NCBI GenBank assembly: GCA_965248265.1
Contig: CBDFJF010000002.1
Location: forward strand, 896,001 to 960,000
Origin: Candidatus Latescibacterota bacterium
GTDB lineage: Bacteria; Latescibacterota; UBA2968; UBA8231
Direction: 5' to 3'
DNA: 64,000 nucleotides
Both the position numbers and the translations under genes were made by a program. Of this stretch, positions 37,829-48,480 are shown piece after piece. The notes below the pieces were generated by a model. It worked only from the letters and a program-made list of their open reading frames with translations. It searched no databases and was not told where the DNA came from. Every line of letters begins with the position of its first letter. Position 1 is the stretch's first letter.

Positions 37829-38707
37829 TTAAAATTCCCTAACATACTGGCTGCTGACCCAACCACTATTTACGTATTCCACCTTGCTCCAACCGTCTTT
37901 TCTCTCCACTACCCTCACTCGTGTGTCCCTGCGTAGTGGCCGCGCGACCAGTTCAGCACTGGGTGCGGCGCGGACCCTGAGGTTGTCGACGGTTACCTCG
38001 CCCTCTGCTCTGAATCCGTAGCTGTCGGGCTGGCCCGCCGCGGGGGATAACGGCGGGACCGTCCTCGTCCCGCCGAGGACAATTTCTTCGCCATCCGCCA
38101 TGCCCTCGGCCAACGCCTCGGTAGCACTGCGGTACTTGAGGTACTTTCTGTTGGTATAGCTGCCGACGAATAAGATCTGGCGCTTGTCCTGCCGGTCGGC
38201 AGCCGAGACGTGGATCCAACTGGGCCGGCCGAAATCCTCGCCGTACTCGTGGATGACTTGGTCGATGTCCAGATCGTGCAAGTGCAGGCAAATATAGGCG
38301 AAGAGATAGAAATTTTCGTTCACTTTGCCTCTGGGTGGTTTGCCCGTAGCTCTGAAAATTTCCGCATCAATGTCCTTGCGGATCTTGCTCGTCCCGTCGT
38401 CGAGGAGAAAGTTCGGTGACAGCTCGCAATCCGCTGCCTCCCCAAGGCAGTGCTGGGATGTGGCACTGCCGCCAACTAGCTTGTTTACCATGGGACACCG
38501 ATAGCCCGAATTGATTCTTATGGGATAGCCGATGCCGTGCCTTATAGGCTGGAGCACCTTTCTGACCAGATAGGCGACGCTGTTAAGGACCGACTCAGGC
38601 GGATCTTCTTGCTCCGCCTTCAGGCGATCGTCGCGTTCAGCAACATTAGAGCGGAGAAACTCCCCAAGGTTAAAATTCTTGCCCAAAGGCGTTGAATGGT
38701 CGACCAT
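37829..38707 (-). CDS. Peptidase M15A (D-Ala-D-Ala carboxypeptidase-like) with C-terminal SH3b domain
   Basis: NFNLGEF, LQPIR, INSGYRC..VNKLVGGSATSQHCLGEAAD, DQVIHEY and WIHVS motifs; C-terminal VTVDNLRVRAAP...GWSKV...GWVSSQYV. Confidence 0.88.
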   Translation of the reverse strand: MVDHSTPLGKNFNLGEFLRSNVAERDDRLKAEQEDPPESVLNSVAYLVRKVLQPIRHGIGYPIRINSGYRCPMVNKLVGGSATSQHCLGEAADCELSPNFLLDDGTSKIRKDIDAEIFRATGKPPRGKVNENFYLFAYICLHLHDLDIDQVIHEYGEDFGRPSWIHVSAADRQDKRQILFVGSYTNRKYLKYRSATEALAEGMADGEEIVLGGTRTVPPLSPAAGQPDSYGFRAEGEVTVDNLRVRAAPSAELVARPLRRDTRVRVVERKDGWSKVEYVNSGWVSSQYVREF

Positions 38708-39254
38708 TTTATCCCCCTGATTATTGAGCTTTCCGACAGTTGTTTAGTTGGCATATACCAGATAGGCGATACATCCCTGCGGCACATCGCGGGAAAAACG
38801 ATTTGGCGAAGTATGCGAATGGGTGTTAGGCGCTGCAAGAAGATGCTGTAGCTGAATCAAAGAGCCTGAGAAGGTCAGGTCGAACCGCCTAAGCAAAAAC
38901 CGCATCCGCCCAAGCGTGTAGCCATAGGTTCGTGAAATGCCGTATCGTCATGGTTGCGAGCTTGACAAAAACTTAAGGAGCGACGGTAGAGCTCCAACGA
39001 TATGCGAATCATGTGAAGTTTACAACTGCCCAAACGATCCTCAGTACTTATACGGAGGGTACTTTGACTTCGATGCGGTGGCATGCTGAACGGGTGAAGC
39101 GATGCTCGCAGCGAGGCGAGCATCAACTCTGGCAAGTTGTTTGGCGGTGGGATTTCGGGCAAGCACAGCGTGACTGTCGGGTTGATCACGTCGGCGGTGT
39201 ACCTCGCTCCGTCAACGCTTCGAACGCAGTCCGAGCCGATCCACCAGCCACGTT

Positions 39255-39610
39255 CCCAAAGTCTGTCGCGGTGGCAATTGCTGTCGCGTGTGTTTTCCGT
39301 TGACGTTACAGAGTGCCCCGACTGCGGCGGGCAAAAGAGAATCATCGCTGCCTGACGGACCCGGCTGGGCGTTGGCCTACCGGCTCGGCCACGACCCATC
39401 GAACAGGAAAGGACATTCCAGCAATCCGAGTTCGATACGCGGCTTGATCACACCACCGCTTGATCTCACAGGATCGATGCGCCTGAATCGATCATATGGG
39501 TCTGCAAACCGCAATCCAGCCCAGCCCTGAATCCACCCTGGCCGTGCCCGGCAAGCCCCAATATACCCATGCCGCCCTCACAAATGCCTCAAGTTTTCAT
39601 TCAACACCAA
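39255..39610 (+). mobile_element. Degenerate IS91-like 3' end remnant
   Basis: Encodes WQLLSRVFSVDVTECPDCGGQKRIIAA; shares gcttgatc...tcgatgcgcctga...tatgggtctgcaaa with 36528-36576. Confidence 0.75.
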
Positions 39611-40016
39611 GCCGCAAACGATCTTGACAATCTATGACGGGCCCTTATCGTTCTTCGTTCCACCCCGGGTATGGTTGAATAACAGCTTCTGTTGCTGAGG
39701 ATGGTAAATGGGTGCAGGAGTGTGACAATGACCTCATAGACAAAATCACGCTTCAGACCGACAGTACCTCCGATCGTCGTCTTCATCCGGCTACACCACT
39801 TGAAAACCTGTGTCCCGTACATGTCGAGTATGAGCCCCAGGCACTCGTTAAGCGGCAAGAGACAGGATGGATGGCCCGCACCTTCACACCTGGGATTGAG
39901 CCTGGTGAAAAACTGGTAGTGCAGCTTCAATGCGGTCCCCTGAAGGTCACTGATACTTCCCCAAGAGAGTGGACACCTCGAAGCGCCAAGTTAAATTTCT
40001 GGCAGGAGGTGTTCTT

Positions 40017-40304
40017 ATGTCACGCAAGTATGATCGTGAGTTTAAGCTCGAGGCCATTCGCCTGGCCGCAGAAGAAGGGGTATCGGCCCGAGGGGTCGAG
40101 CAACGATTGGGTTTAAGTGCAGGCATTATCAGTCGTTGGAAGAGAGAATTGAAGGTCCAAGGAGATGAAGCCTTCCCAGGTACCGGCCATTTAGGTGATC
40201 ACGACGAGGAGGTCCGCCGTTTGCGGCGTGAGCTGGCGCGGGTGTCCCAGGAACGAGATATCCTAAAAAAGGCGGCGGCCTTCTTCGCCAACGAGTCCAG
40301 ATGA
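40017..40304 (+). CDS. IS3 transposase OrfA (HTH)
   Basis: MSRKYDREFKLEAIRL...ERDILKKAAAFF; GGAGG RBS. Confidence 0.92.
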   Translation: MSRKYDREFKLEAIRLAAEEGVSARGVEQRLGLSAGIISRWKRELKVQGDEAFPGTGHLGDHDEEVRRLRRELARVSQERDILKKAAAFFANESR

Positions 40305-41170
40305 GGTATCGCTTCATCGAGGTGGAGAAGGCGATGTACCCGGTCACTATGTTGTGTCGCGTGCTGCGGGTGTCGCGTAGCGGTTTCTACGCCTGGCAGC
40401 AGCGCCCGATCAGTCCTCGAGCTGAGCAGACTCGGCGACTGGATGTCGAGATCAACAAGTTGTTTGAAGCCAGCAAGCGGCGCTCCGGTAGCCCAAAGAT
40501 CACCCGCGCCCTGATAGACGGAGGCTGGCAGGTGGGCGAGAATCGCGTTGCACGGCGCATGCGTGTGTTGGGTCTGCGTTCGATTGTGCGACGCCGTTTC
40601 AAGGTGACGACCAACTCGCAACATCGATTTGCGGTGGCGCCGAACCGTTTGCAGCGCGATTTCACCGCACAGCGCCCCAATCAAGTGTGGGTCAGCGACC
40701 TGACCTACCTCAGCGTCGGTCGCGGCTGGTTGTATTTGGTCGTCGTCATCGACCTGTACTCCAGGCGCGTGGTGGGTTGGGCGTTGAGCTCGGCACTGGA
40801 TCACCGCGTGGCGCTGGTCGCGCTGCAGCGGGCTGTAGCTCAACGTCGTCCGCCGAGGGGTCTGATCATCCATTCCGATCGCGGCGTTCAATACGCCTGC
40901 ACCGCGTTCACTAACTGGGTCAGCAAACACGGCTTTGTGCAGAGTATGAGCCGTAAGGGCGACTGCTGGGATAACGCCGTGGCTGAGTCCTTCTTCCATC
41001 TGCTCAAGACCGAGTTGACCTACCACGAACACTGGCTCAACTACCGGGCCGCGTATCGCAGCCTGTTCGACTACATCGAGATTTTTTACAATCGAGAAAG
41101 GAGTCATTCCACCCTGGATTACGCAACACCCGCAGCATTCGAGCAGCATTCAACCAAACTTGCTGCTTGA
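40301..41170 (+). CDS. IS3 transposase OrfB (DDE integrase core)
   Basis: WVSDLTY, IDLYSR, HSDRGVQY, DNAVAESFF and FYNRERSHSTL motifs. Confidence 0.95.
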   Translation: MRYRFIEVEKAMYPVTMLCRVLRVSRSGFYAWQQRPISPRAEQTRRLDVEINKLFEASKRRSGSPKITRALIDGGWQVGENRVARRMRVLGLRSIVRRRFKVTTNSQHRFAVAPNRLQRDFTAQRPNQVWVSDLTYLSVGRGWLYLVVVIDLYSRRVVGWALSSALDHRVALVALQRAVAQRRPPRGLIIHSDRGVQYACTAFTNWVSKHGFVQSMSRKGDCWDNAVAESFFHLLKTELTYHEHWLNYRAAYRSLFDYIEIFYNRERSHSTLDYATPAAFEQHSTKLAA

Positions 41171-41789
41171 CGGTGTCCATTTTTCCGGGGGAGTATCACT
41201 CCTATCGACCTGTGTCGATGGAACATATTCGGAGATACGTATTACCAACTCAAGGGGGATTCAAAGTCCATTGGCCGATACAACAGAGTGGACCCGAATT
41301 CCTTGATTTAACGCATGTCCGAAAGAGTGCTACCAGGCCGGTCCGAGCCCTCGAAACACGTCGTACTCTGCATACCTTGGAAATGGAATAGAGGAGCAGA
41401 TTTGCCTCGTACGCAATGGGGATACCGAACTACGCCGCCGTTGTTGGACCCGAGGAATTGCCTCGGATCAACGCTCGTCCGCAGCTTTAGATCCTAACCA
41501 AGACATCGTCCGCACTGTTCTGATGCTGTACAGTGGCCATTGTCATGACCTTTCAAGGTGCCAAGAAGTAAGCCAATTCTGGGCACCAACAAAGGCACAA
41601 GTCACACCCACAATAATGCTGTGTGCTTTGCCAGCGCCTGGGACGAAATGGACGTACGCTGGGTCGTCCACCATGGGGTTAATAATTCCTGTTGACATAG
41701 TCTCCACAAAGCTGTTAATAACACCACCACATAAGAGTTGCCCACGGACGAACCAGTCCGGTCTCGCTCTAAATGATATCGAGGGTGAT

Positions 41790-44669
41790 ATGTCGCTTAA
41801 GATTATTATGCTCATGGCTGTCAGCGGAATCGCAGTAATCGGTTCCGCTCACGCTAAGGAGGATGGTGCGTTGAACGGGCGCGTGACTGATCATACTGGC
41901 GAGCCGATTCACGGAGCTAACGTCGTCGTTCATGGCCCCTCACTGACCGCGCCGATGGGGACCTATAGCGTCGGTGATGGAGCTTTCGCAATCGGCGCGA
42001 TCCCCCCAGGCATTTACCAGGTTGAAGTCACGCATATCGGCTATCGGACGGCGCTACGACGAGAAGTGCTGATCGAAGCCGGAGGTTCTCGCGACATCGA
42101 TTTCACCCTCGTATCGACCGTCATCTATCTAGACCAGAATGTCGTCTCCGCCTCGCGAATCCAGCAGAAGGCGATCGATGCACCAGCTTCCGTGGCGGTT
42201 GTGGAGGCGCCGGAGATTCGGGACAATCCCGTCTTAACCGTTTCCGATCATGTCAAGGATCTCGCCGGTATCGACTTTGCGCAGACGGGACTGGCAACGA
42301 CCAATGTCGTCGCCAGAGGATTCAACAACGTTTTCTCGGGAACCCTGCTAATTCTAACTGACAACCGCATCGCGCGGGTGCCGTCTCTGAGGATCAACGC
42401 CAGCAACTTCATCCCAGTCACGAACGACGATATCGAAAGAATCGAAGTCGTCCTGGGACCGGGATCTGCGCTCTACGGACCAAACAGCGCCAACGGAGTC
42501 ATGCACGTGATCACACGCTCACCCTTCGTTTCCTCAGGGACCGATGTGAGCATCGGTTTCGGGGAGAGAAGTCTGCGCAAGGGTTCCATTCGGCACGCGG
42601 GTACATTAACACCCAATTTAGGTTACAAGGTATCGGCTCAGTCCTATGTTGGCACCGACTGGAAACTCACGGACCCTGTGGAGGAAGCCGCCCGTTCAAA
42701 GGAGGCAGCTAACGTCATTGATCCCGCGCAACGAAAACTGAAAGCGCGTGACTTTGGTCTTGGGCGGCAGAGCGTTGAAGCACGCGTTGACTACAGGCTG
42801 GCAAAGGAAGCGAACGCCACGCTGTCCTACGGCCACAACAAGGGAGATCACATCGAACTGACCGGGATAGGCGCCGCTCAGGTGCTCGATTGGACCTACA
42901 ATTACGTACAGGCGCGTTTCACCTACGACGATCTTTTCGCACAGTATTTCCACAACTGGAGCGACGCGGGAGATACATTTTTGCTGGCCAATGGTGATCA
43001 AATCGTTGACAAATCGAGCCTGGATGTGTTCCAGATCCGGCATTCCACTCGGCTAGGTGTTAGAGAGCGTCTGACCTACGGAGTCGACGCCTTGCTGACG
43101 AGGCCGGCTACTGATGGTACGATAAATGGGCAGAACGAAGATGACGATGGTATTAACGAGTTCGGTGTGTACGTCCAGAGCGAGACCGACCTGACAGAGC
43201 AGTTTGATCTGGTTTTGGCAATGCGGTTAGACGACCACAACCGGGTCGACGGTTCGGTGCTTTCACCACGGGCTGCGTTACTCTACAAACCCAGAGAAAG
43301 CCAGACACTGCGACTAACCTATAACCGTGCCTTCAGCACGCCTTCTACAAACAACCTTTTTCTGGACAGAGTAGCGCAGCGCGATCCTTACGGTATGGCG
43401 CAATTCGGGGTCGGTCCAATCAACGTCACCGCGCAGGGTACCTACCGTGAAGACAACGTGGGCATGACCTTCGTCCGCGACGACGAGACCGGACTGCCGA
43501 AGTTCCGGTCTCCGTTTCATGCGCTTGCCGGACTTTCGGCCGACGCTTACATCGACATGCACGATCCAAACTTCACCAACGTGATGTGGGGTGTGGGGCG
43601 CGGCGCGGTACTACAGCAGGCAGATCAATTCGTCGGTCTGCTCATGCTTCAGGGAATGGACGAGACAACCGCGCAAGGCACAATCGACCAGTTAACTCAG
43701 ATCCTACCTGCAGTTATTCCGGAGAGTCTCAACGACCTGAGGAACACCACACTCAAGCTCAACCTGGAGAAAGCCCAGGCCGGCGATCCAAACCCATTCG
43801 ACCCCGTGGCGCTTACAGACGTTGTGGATGTGAGATTGACTGAACCCACAATCACGAGGACGCTCGAGGTCGGTTACAAGGGTATCGCGAACGGAAACAT
43901 CGTTCTGTCCGTTGACATGTACCGCACGGAAACCGAGGACTTTTCAGGACTGTTGGCTGTCGAGACGCCGAATGTTTTTCTCGACCCAAGCAGCATCACG
44001 GAGAGCCTGGGACCCGTTGTCGAAGCGGCTGTTAACGACAATCCGGCCCTTGCAGACGGTCTACAGGCACTGGACGGTCTGAGCGCGCCCGGTCTCATCG
44101 GCGGTGAAGCGAACGACTCCGGAGCAGATGAATTGACATCCGCCTTCGCCCTTGGCGCAGCTCGAATCCCCTTCGGCACTGTTTCTCCGTTTCAGGCATA
44201 TGATCCGCACGCAGTGATTCTCACCTACCGAAATTTCGGGGATGTGACGGTCTACGGGATAGACCTCAGCGCCGGCTACTACCCGAACGATATTTGGAAC
44301 GTCACGGGGTCCTATTCATACGTGGATGACAATTTCTTCGCCAACCTCGGCGGAATCGCCGACGTTGCCCTGAACGCACCCAAGCACAAGTTCCGTATCG
44401 GTGGCCAGTATCGTATGCCTGCGCACAATCTGCGTCTGGGAGGGAGGATGAGACACAACGGCTCTTTTCAGATGAAGTCCGGCGTGTATGAAGGCAAGGT
44501 GCAGTCCTATTCTGTGTTCGACCTGAATGCAACCTATGATCTGCCGTACGGCGAGAACCTCTCTCTCATCCTCAACGTGGATAACGTCCTGAACAAGGAA
44601 TTTCGTGCCTTCGTGGGAGCTCCAGACGTGGGCCGGTTGGTCTACGCTGAGTTGGGGGTGTCTTTCTGA
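41790..44669 (+). CDS. TonB-dependent outer membrane receptor with N-terminal carboxypeptidase-regulatory-like domain
   Basis: Signal peptide MSLKIIMLMAVSGIAVIGSAHA; GRVTD...GANV; plug motif IERIEVVLGPGSALYG; C-terminal aromatic ending ELGVSF. Confidence 0.9.
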   Translation: MSLKIIMLMAVSGIAVIGSAHAKEDGALNGRVTDHTGEPIHGANVVVHGPSLTAPMGTYSVGDGAFAIGAIPPGIYQVEVTHIGYRTALRREVLIEAGGSRDIDFTLVSTVIYLDQNVVSASRIQQKAIDAPASVAVVEAPEIRDNPVLTVSDHVKDLAGIDFAQTGLATTNVVARGFNNVFSGTLLILTDNRIARVPSLRINASNFIPVTNDDIERIEVVLGPGSALYGPNSANGVMHVITRSPFVSSGTDVSIGFGERSLRKGSIRHAGTLTPNLGYKVSAQSYVGTDWKLTDPVEEAARSKEAANVIDPAQRKLKARDFGLGRQSVEARVDYRLAKEANATLSYGHNKGDHIELTGIGAAQVLDWTYNYVQARFTYDDLFAQYFHNWSDAGDTFLLANGDQIVDKSSLDVFQIRHSTRLGVRERLTYGVDALLTRPATDGTINGQNEDDDGINEFGVYVQSETDLTEQFDLVLAMRLDDHNRVDGSVLSPRAALLYKPRESQTLRLTYNRAFSTPSTNNLFLDRVAQRDPYGMAQFGVGPINVTAQGTYREDNVGMTFVRDDETGLPKFRSPFHALAGLSADAYIDMHDPNFTNVMWGVGRGAVLQQADQFVGLLMLQGMDETTAQGTIDQLTQILPAVIPESLNDLRNTTLKLNLEKAQAGDPNPFDPVALTDVVDVRLTEPTITRTLEVGYKGIANGNIVLSVDMYRTETEDFSGLLAVETPNVFLDPSSITESLGPVVEAAVNDNPALADGLQALDGLSAPGLIGGEANDSGADELTSAFALGAARIPFGTVSPFQAYDPHAVILTYRNFGDVTVYGIDLSAGYYPNDIWNVTGSYSYVDDNFFANLGGIADVALNAPKHKFRIGGQYRMPAHNLRLGGRMRHNGSFQMKSGVYEGKVQSYSVFDLNATYDLPYGENLSLILNVDNVLNKEFRAFVGAPDVGRLVYAELGVSF

Positions 44670-44716
44670 ACGGTATAAGGGTTCCTCGAGCCTCAATTGC
44701 ACCGGGAACGGTTGGA

Positions 44717-46681
44717 TTGGGACTGCTGGTCGTGCTGGTGATATTCGGTGAAAGCCATGCCGCTCCAGATCTCTTGGTGCTCAGCGATGATGAAGGGCGC
44801 TATCCGCTCGGTGTGGGTCTCGAGGTCCTGGACGATAGCGACGCGCCAGTTGGCATCGATCTCGTCTCGCACTCCTCTTTCGATACGCGGTTCACGGCAA
44901 GCCCTTCAAGCGATACTCGACTTGGCACCGGTCGCTCGGCCTGGGTGAGATTTGCCCTCGTCGACAGCAGCTCAGATAACCAACGTGACTGGCTGCTTGA
45001 GGTTGCACTAACCTATCACGAAACCATCGAATTGTATGTGCCAACTTCCGCTGGAGGTTGGCAGGTCTGGACCGCGGGTTGTCTGCTTCCTTTTACAGCC
45101 CGTGAGATTCCTCATCGTAACTACCTGTTCGACCTTCCGCTTCAACGTGGCACGGGCAGCGTAATCTATATGCGTTTCGCATACGAAGACAGAGGGGTGC
45201 TGGCGTTCCCGATTACAGTGTGGGACCGCGACGAGTTCGTGGACCACGACCGCTCGGCACTGATCGCCCTGGGAGCTTTTTATGGATTAATTCTAGTGAT
45301 GGCGGCATACCATTCCTTGATGTTCATCCCTCTACGTGACTCCTCATATCTGTACTATGTCGCCTTCCTGTTGGTGACCGCTTTGCTTTTTTCTTTCCAG
45401 AATGGTCTCGCTGCCGAGTACCTGTGGCCGAATTCCGCTTTCGGCTGGGGTCTTCCCGATCTCGTTCTGCTTGGACTACTGTACATTTCTGGTGCCAGGT
45501 TTGTGCAAAGCTTTCTCCTGACGGCTGATAATGCCCGCTTCTTCCACCGGCTACTGTGGGTAATGGTTTTGGCATGGGGGTTTGTCATCATCGTGGGACT
45601 CGCGGGGTATCCGGGAGCATTTCGCCCCCTAGCACGGCTGTCTATTGCCAGTCTCATCGTAATGCTACTCGCCGGCGGCATTTGCTGGCTGCGGGGATTC
45701 AGACCAGCGCGTTTCTTTCTCATCGGGTGGGCGGTCCCAGTCGCCGCAGGGTTGGTGATGAACCTTGTCGATATTCAGGTTTTCTCGGGAGGGTCTTCCA
45801 TGATTCATGTCACCCAGGCGGGAATTGCGTTTGGGGTGGTCATGTTCTCGTTGGGGTTAACGGACCGAATAACTCTTCTCCGCCTCGAGAAGGAAAGGCA
45901 TGCTTTACGGGAGCACGCGCTGGAGCATGAGTTGAACACAGCGCATGAGCTGCAGATGAGTCTGATGCCTACCGATCAGCTCCACACCGCCGGCATCGAT
46001 GTGTATGGCCGCTGTCAGCCAGCGACACACGTTGGCGGCGATCTTTTTTACTACTTCGTGGTCGAGAATTCTATTGGAGTATGCCTTGCAGACGTTACCG
46101 GTCACGCCATGGAGGCAGCTATACCTGTCGTTAAGTTCAGCGGCCTGCTCGAAGCCGAGTGCCAACGATATAACTCTCTTGAAGATACCTTCACGTCGTT
46201 GAATTCTACCCTCCATAAAACGCGAAAAGACCACAGTTTTGTTTGCTTCGAAATGGTCGAGGTGGATATTCCCTCAAGATCGTTTCGAGTGTGCAACGCA
46301 GGCTGTCCGTACGCATATCATTTCAGGGCGGCCGACAGTAAGGTGGTTGCCATTGAGCTCGACGCATACCCCCTTGGCATACGCGCAAGTACCGTCTACC
46401 CCACCACCATGTCGCAACTGAGTGCGGGCGACAGGATCATAATCTGCTCGGACGGGGTCAGCGAAACGCAAGGCGATGATGGTGAGCTGCTAGGCTACGA
46501 ACGTCTCCCAGAGCTTATTCTAAAGGCCTGCCTAAACCAGCAGCCCGCTGCTTCAGTCGTAGCCCAGATCCTGGATGAAACAGGAGAGTTTAGAGGCACG
46601 CAGGCACAGACGGACGACATTACCTGCGTTGTCTTAGGTGTGAGTGAAGGTGACTCGCTTGGCGACGGGGAAGAGCCGTGA
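44717..46681 (+). CDS. 7TM-DISM sensor fused to a SpoIIE/PP2C phosphatase (paralog of 12120-14150)
   Basis: Same architecture: LGAFYGL...YLYY, RPARFFLIGW, VGGDLF, ADVTGHAMEAAIP, SDGVSE and DDIT. Confidence 0.88.
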   Translation: MGLLVVLVIFGESHAAPDLLVLSDDEGRYPLGVGLEVLDDSDAPVGIDLVSHSSFDTRFTASPSSDTRLGTGRSAWVRFALVDSSSDNQRDWLLEVALTYHETIELYVPTSAGGWQVWTAGCLLPFTAREIPHRNYLFDLPLQRGTGSVIYMRFAYEDRGVLAFPITVWDRDEFVDHDRSALIALGAFYGLILVMAAYHSLMFIPLRDSSYLYYVAFLLVTALLFSFQNGLAAEYLWPNSAFGWGLPDLVLLGLLYISGARFVQSFLLTADNARFFHRLLWVMVLAWGFVIIVGLAGYPGAFRPLARLSIASLIVMLLAGGICWLRGFRPARFFLIGWAVPVAAGLVMNLVDIQVFSGGSSMIHVTQAGIAFGVVMFSLGLTDRITLLRLEKERHALREHALEHELNTAHELQMSLMPTDQLHTAGIDVYGRCQPATHVGGDLFYYFVVENSIGVCLADVTGHAMEAAIPVVKFSGLLEAECQRYNSLEDTFTSLNSTLHKTRKDHSFVCFEMVEVDIPSRSFRVCNAGCPYAYHFRAADSKVVAIELDAYPLGIRASTVYPTTMSQLSAGDRIIICSDGVSETQGDDGELLGYERLPELILKACLNQQPAASVVAQILDETGEFRGTQAQTDDITCVVLGVSEGDSLGDGEEP

Positions 46682-46715
46682 AGAATGTCCTCAAGGCTGA
46701 GGACATGGACCATCG

Positions 46716-47084
46716 ATGAAAAATACGGAGTGGCACGTGGCCTGTTCCAGCAGCGGCGTGCTGACACCACAGGACGGCAACGATCCGCTGCACACCTTTC
46801 CCATCGTCGGCTTTATGCAGCACGAACTGGGCGGCGGCTGTATCGCTCACTCCCATCCGGGTCCCCAGTGCTTCTACGTGACCGAGGGTGAGGCGCTCTT
46901 CCAGGTGAGTGACGAGAGTCCTTCGTTGGCGAGGGGACGCTGATTGTTGTCCCCCCGGATGTCGCTCATCAGTACAAAAACGGTTGGCCAGAGCCGCATC
47001 GCCTGCATGATCATCGAAGCATCGCTGGAAGTTTCCACCAGGCGGCTCATACATGTTGCGCCTGATCGCGCCGATCGAGATTAG
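46716..47084 (+). pseudogene. Frameshifted cupin domain gene
   Basis: Cupin motif 1 (HSHPGPQCFYVTEG) lies in ORF 46716-46943. Motif 2 (GTLIVVPPDVAHQYKN) is in another frame directly after it. The end coordinate is approximate. Confidence 0.65.
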
Positions 47085-47178
47085 CAAGCCCAAGGCAATC
47101 TTGATAGGCCAGGACTGATTGTGCATTATTGCAACGTCACGACTCTACGATCGAATAATTCATGCGGAGATGTTACCG

Positions 47179-48297
47179 ATGCCACAAAGACATAACAGCA
47201 CGGACGACGTACCGGGAAAACTGGCAAGAATAGCCCGGACGGTCCGTGAAACTCAGTTCCTGGGAGCAAACAATGCCAATGTAATACCACATCCGCACTT
47301 CACCAAGAAGTGGAGTCATCAGTTCAATCACTTTCAAGGTGTACAGCGTCATGGAAATTACTTGCTGGTTTCGGGGGGGCACAAGCATGGGTCGCATGGA
47401 GGATCGCAATTGATCCTGGTCGAGATGGGGTCTCGAGCCAACCAGGCGTGGAGTGTTCCAAACTATTTCGATCGGAATGCAGCAAACAGTTACAAACGGC
47501 CGCACCCAGACGACAGAATCATGGCAATGGCCACCATCGACCATGCGAAGTGGCACGGCGGTGGATGTCAGATGATGGGAACCAGGATGGCGATTCCCAT
47601 CTACGGTGGCGGTAGCGGTTCTGAGGTGAGATTCTATGATTTCGGCGGCTTGTTCGCGGCGCTCGGAGGGGGACCGATGACGCATTCCGATATTCGGCAG
47701 TCCATAGAGAACGCTCCCTTCAGCAAGGTCGAAACGAAGCCGAAGGTCAAAGCCGTGGCGCTATCCTGTTTGCCGAACGGCACACCTGTGGCCGTTCTAT
47801 GGGATGACAAAGATCTGTTGTTCTACCACGAGTCGACCGCCGGAGTTTGGGAGCACAAAGGAACAGTGGACGCCAGCGACATCGCGGGCTTCGACCACCT
47901 AGACCCCTTGAGTGGGGTGTGGAAACGAGACTACCAGAATATCAATCTTTTCCTGGACACAACGCAGGGCGGCAGGCCAATGTTTTACCTGCTCTGCTTC
48001 CACAATACTTCACTCCTGAACGCGGGGAAGAACCGAGCGGACGTTTTTAAGTTTGCTCCCAACCTCGATCCGACTAGGCGCGTAGTGGATGCTGATCCCG
48101 CGCAGGATTCTCAGGGCATCAAACGCGTTCTGCGACTCGAAATGTCCAAAGCAGGCAAACAGGGGAAGCAGTACAACTTTTCTGCGGCAGCCGGTGCTTA
48201 CCTGGCCAGAGGCGGGAGTCTCTTCATTTATTCCACGCCACACTGGCTACGAAAGAAGGGGGCGCGGCTCAACTTCAACGAGTACGCCCCCAACTAA
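47179..48297 (+). CDS. Hypothetical protein, beta-strand rich
   Basis: Long open frame of about 370 aa with no motif recognised; start uncertain (47170 or 47179). Confidence 0.65.
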   Translation: MPQRHNSTDDVPGKLARIARTVRETQFLGANNANVIPHPHFTKKWSHQFNHFQGVQRHGNYLLVSGGHKHGSHGGSQLILVEMGSRANQAWSVPNYFDRNAANSYKRPHPDDRIMAMATIDHAKWHGGGCQMMGTRMAIPIYGGGSGSEVRFYDFGGLFAALGGGPMTHSDIRQSIENAPFSKVETKPKVKAVALSCLPNGTPVAVLWDDKDLLFYHESTAGVWEHKGTVDASDIAGFDHLDPLSGVWKRDYQNINLFLDTTQGGRPMFYLLCFHNTSLLNAGKNRADVFKFAPNLDPTRRVVDADPAQDSQGIKRVLRLEMSKAGKQGKQYNFSAAAGAYLARGGSLFIYSTPHWLRKKGARLNFNEYAPN

Positions 48298-48480
48298 AGG
48301 AGATAGCGTTGGGACTATTTGATTTTCTGGATGATTTAGATTTTCTGGATGATTTTGATGAGGTAAGGACCAATATACAGGGCGGCGAAGCGGGAAATCT
48401 GGAGCGGCCGGGATAGCACACGCCTGGAGAGGATTGCCCCAGAGAGGCGGCTCGTAGCAGAAGCGCATAGTGAGGATAAA

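Larger units (their letters stand above)
39951..41198 (+). mobile_element. IS3 family insertion sequence, about 1.25 kb
   Basis: 27-bp imperfect IRs tgatacttccccaagagagtggacacc and ggtgtccatttttccgggggagtatca (TG...CA); orfA/orfB arrangement; A6G slippery motif at 40265-40271. Confidence 0.93.

Noticed and set aside
36318-38831. Possible integron attC sites (aactaac at 36319, gttaggc at 38825, gggcgttatag at 36785)
   Set aside because: Could not pair R'' and R' boxes into a complete attC hairpin; no integron integrase; cargo genes are in mixed orientation.
40199-41149. 316-aa minus-strand ORF inside IS3
   Set aside because: Typical antisense frame of an IS3 orfB.
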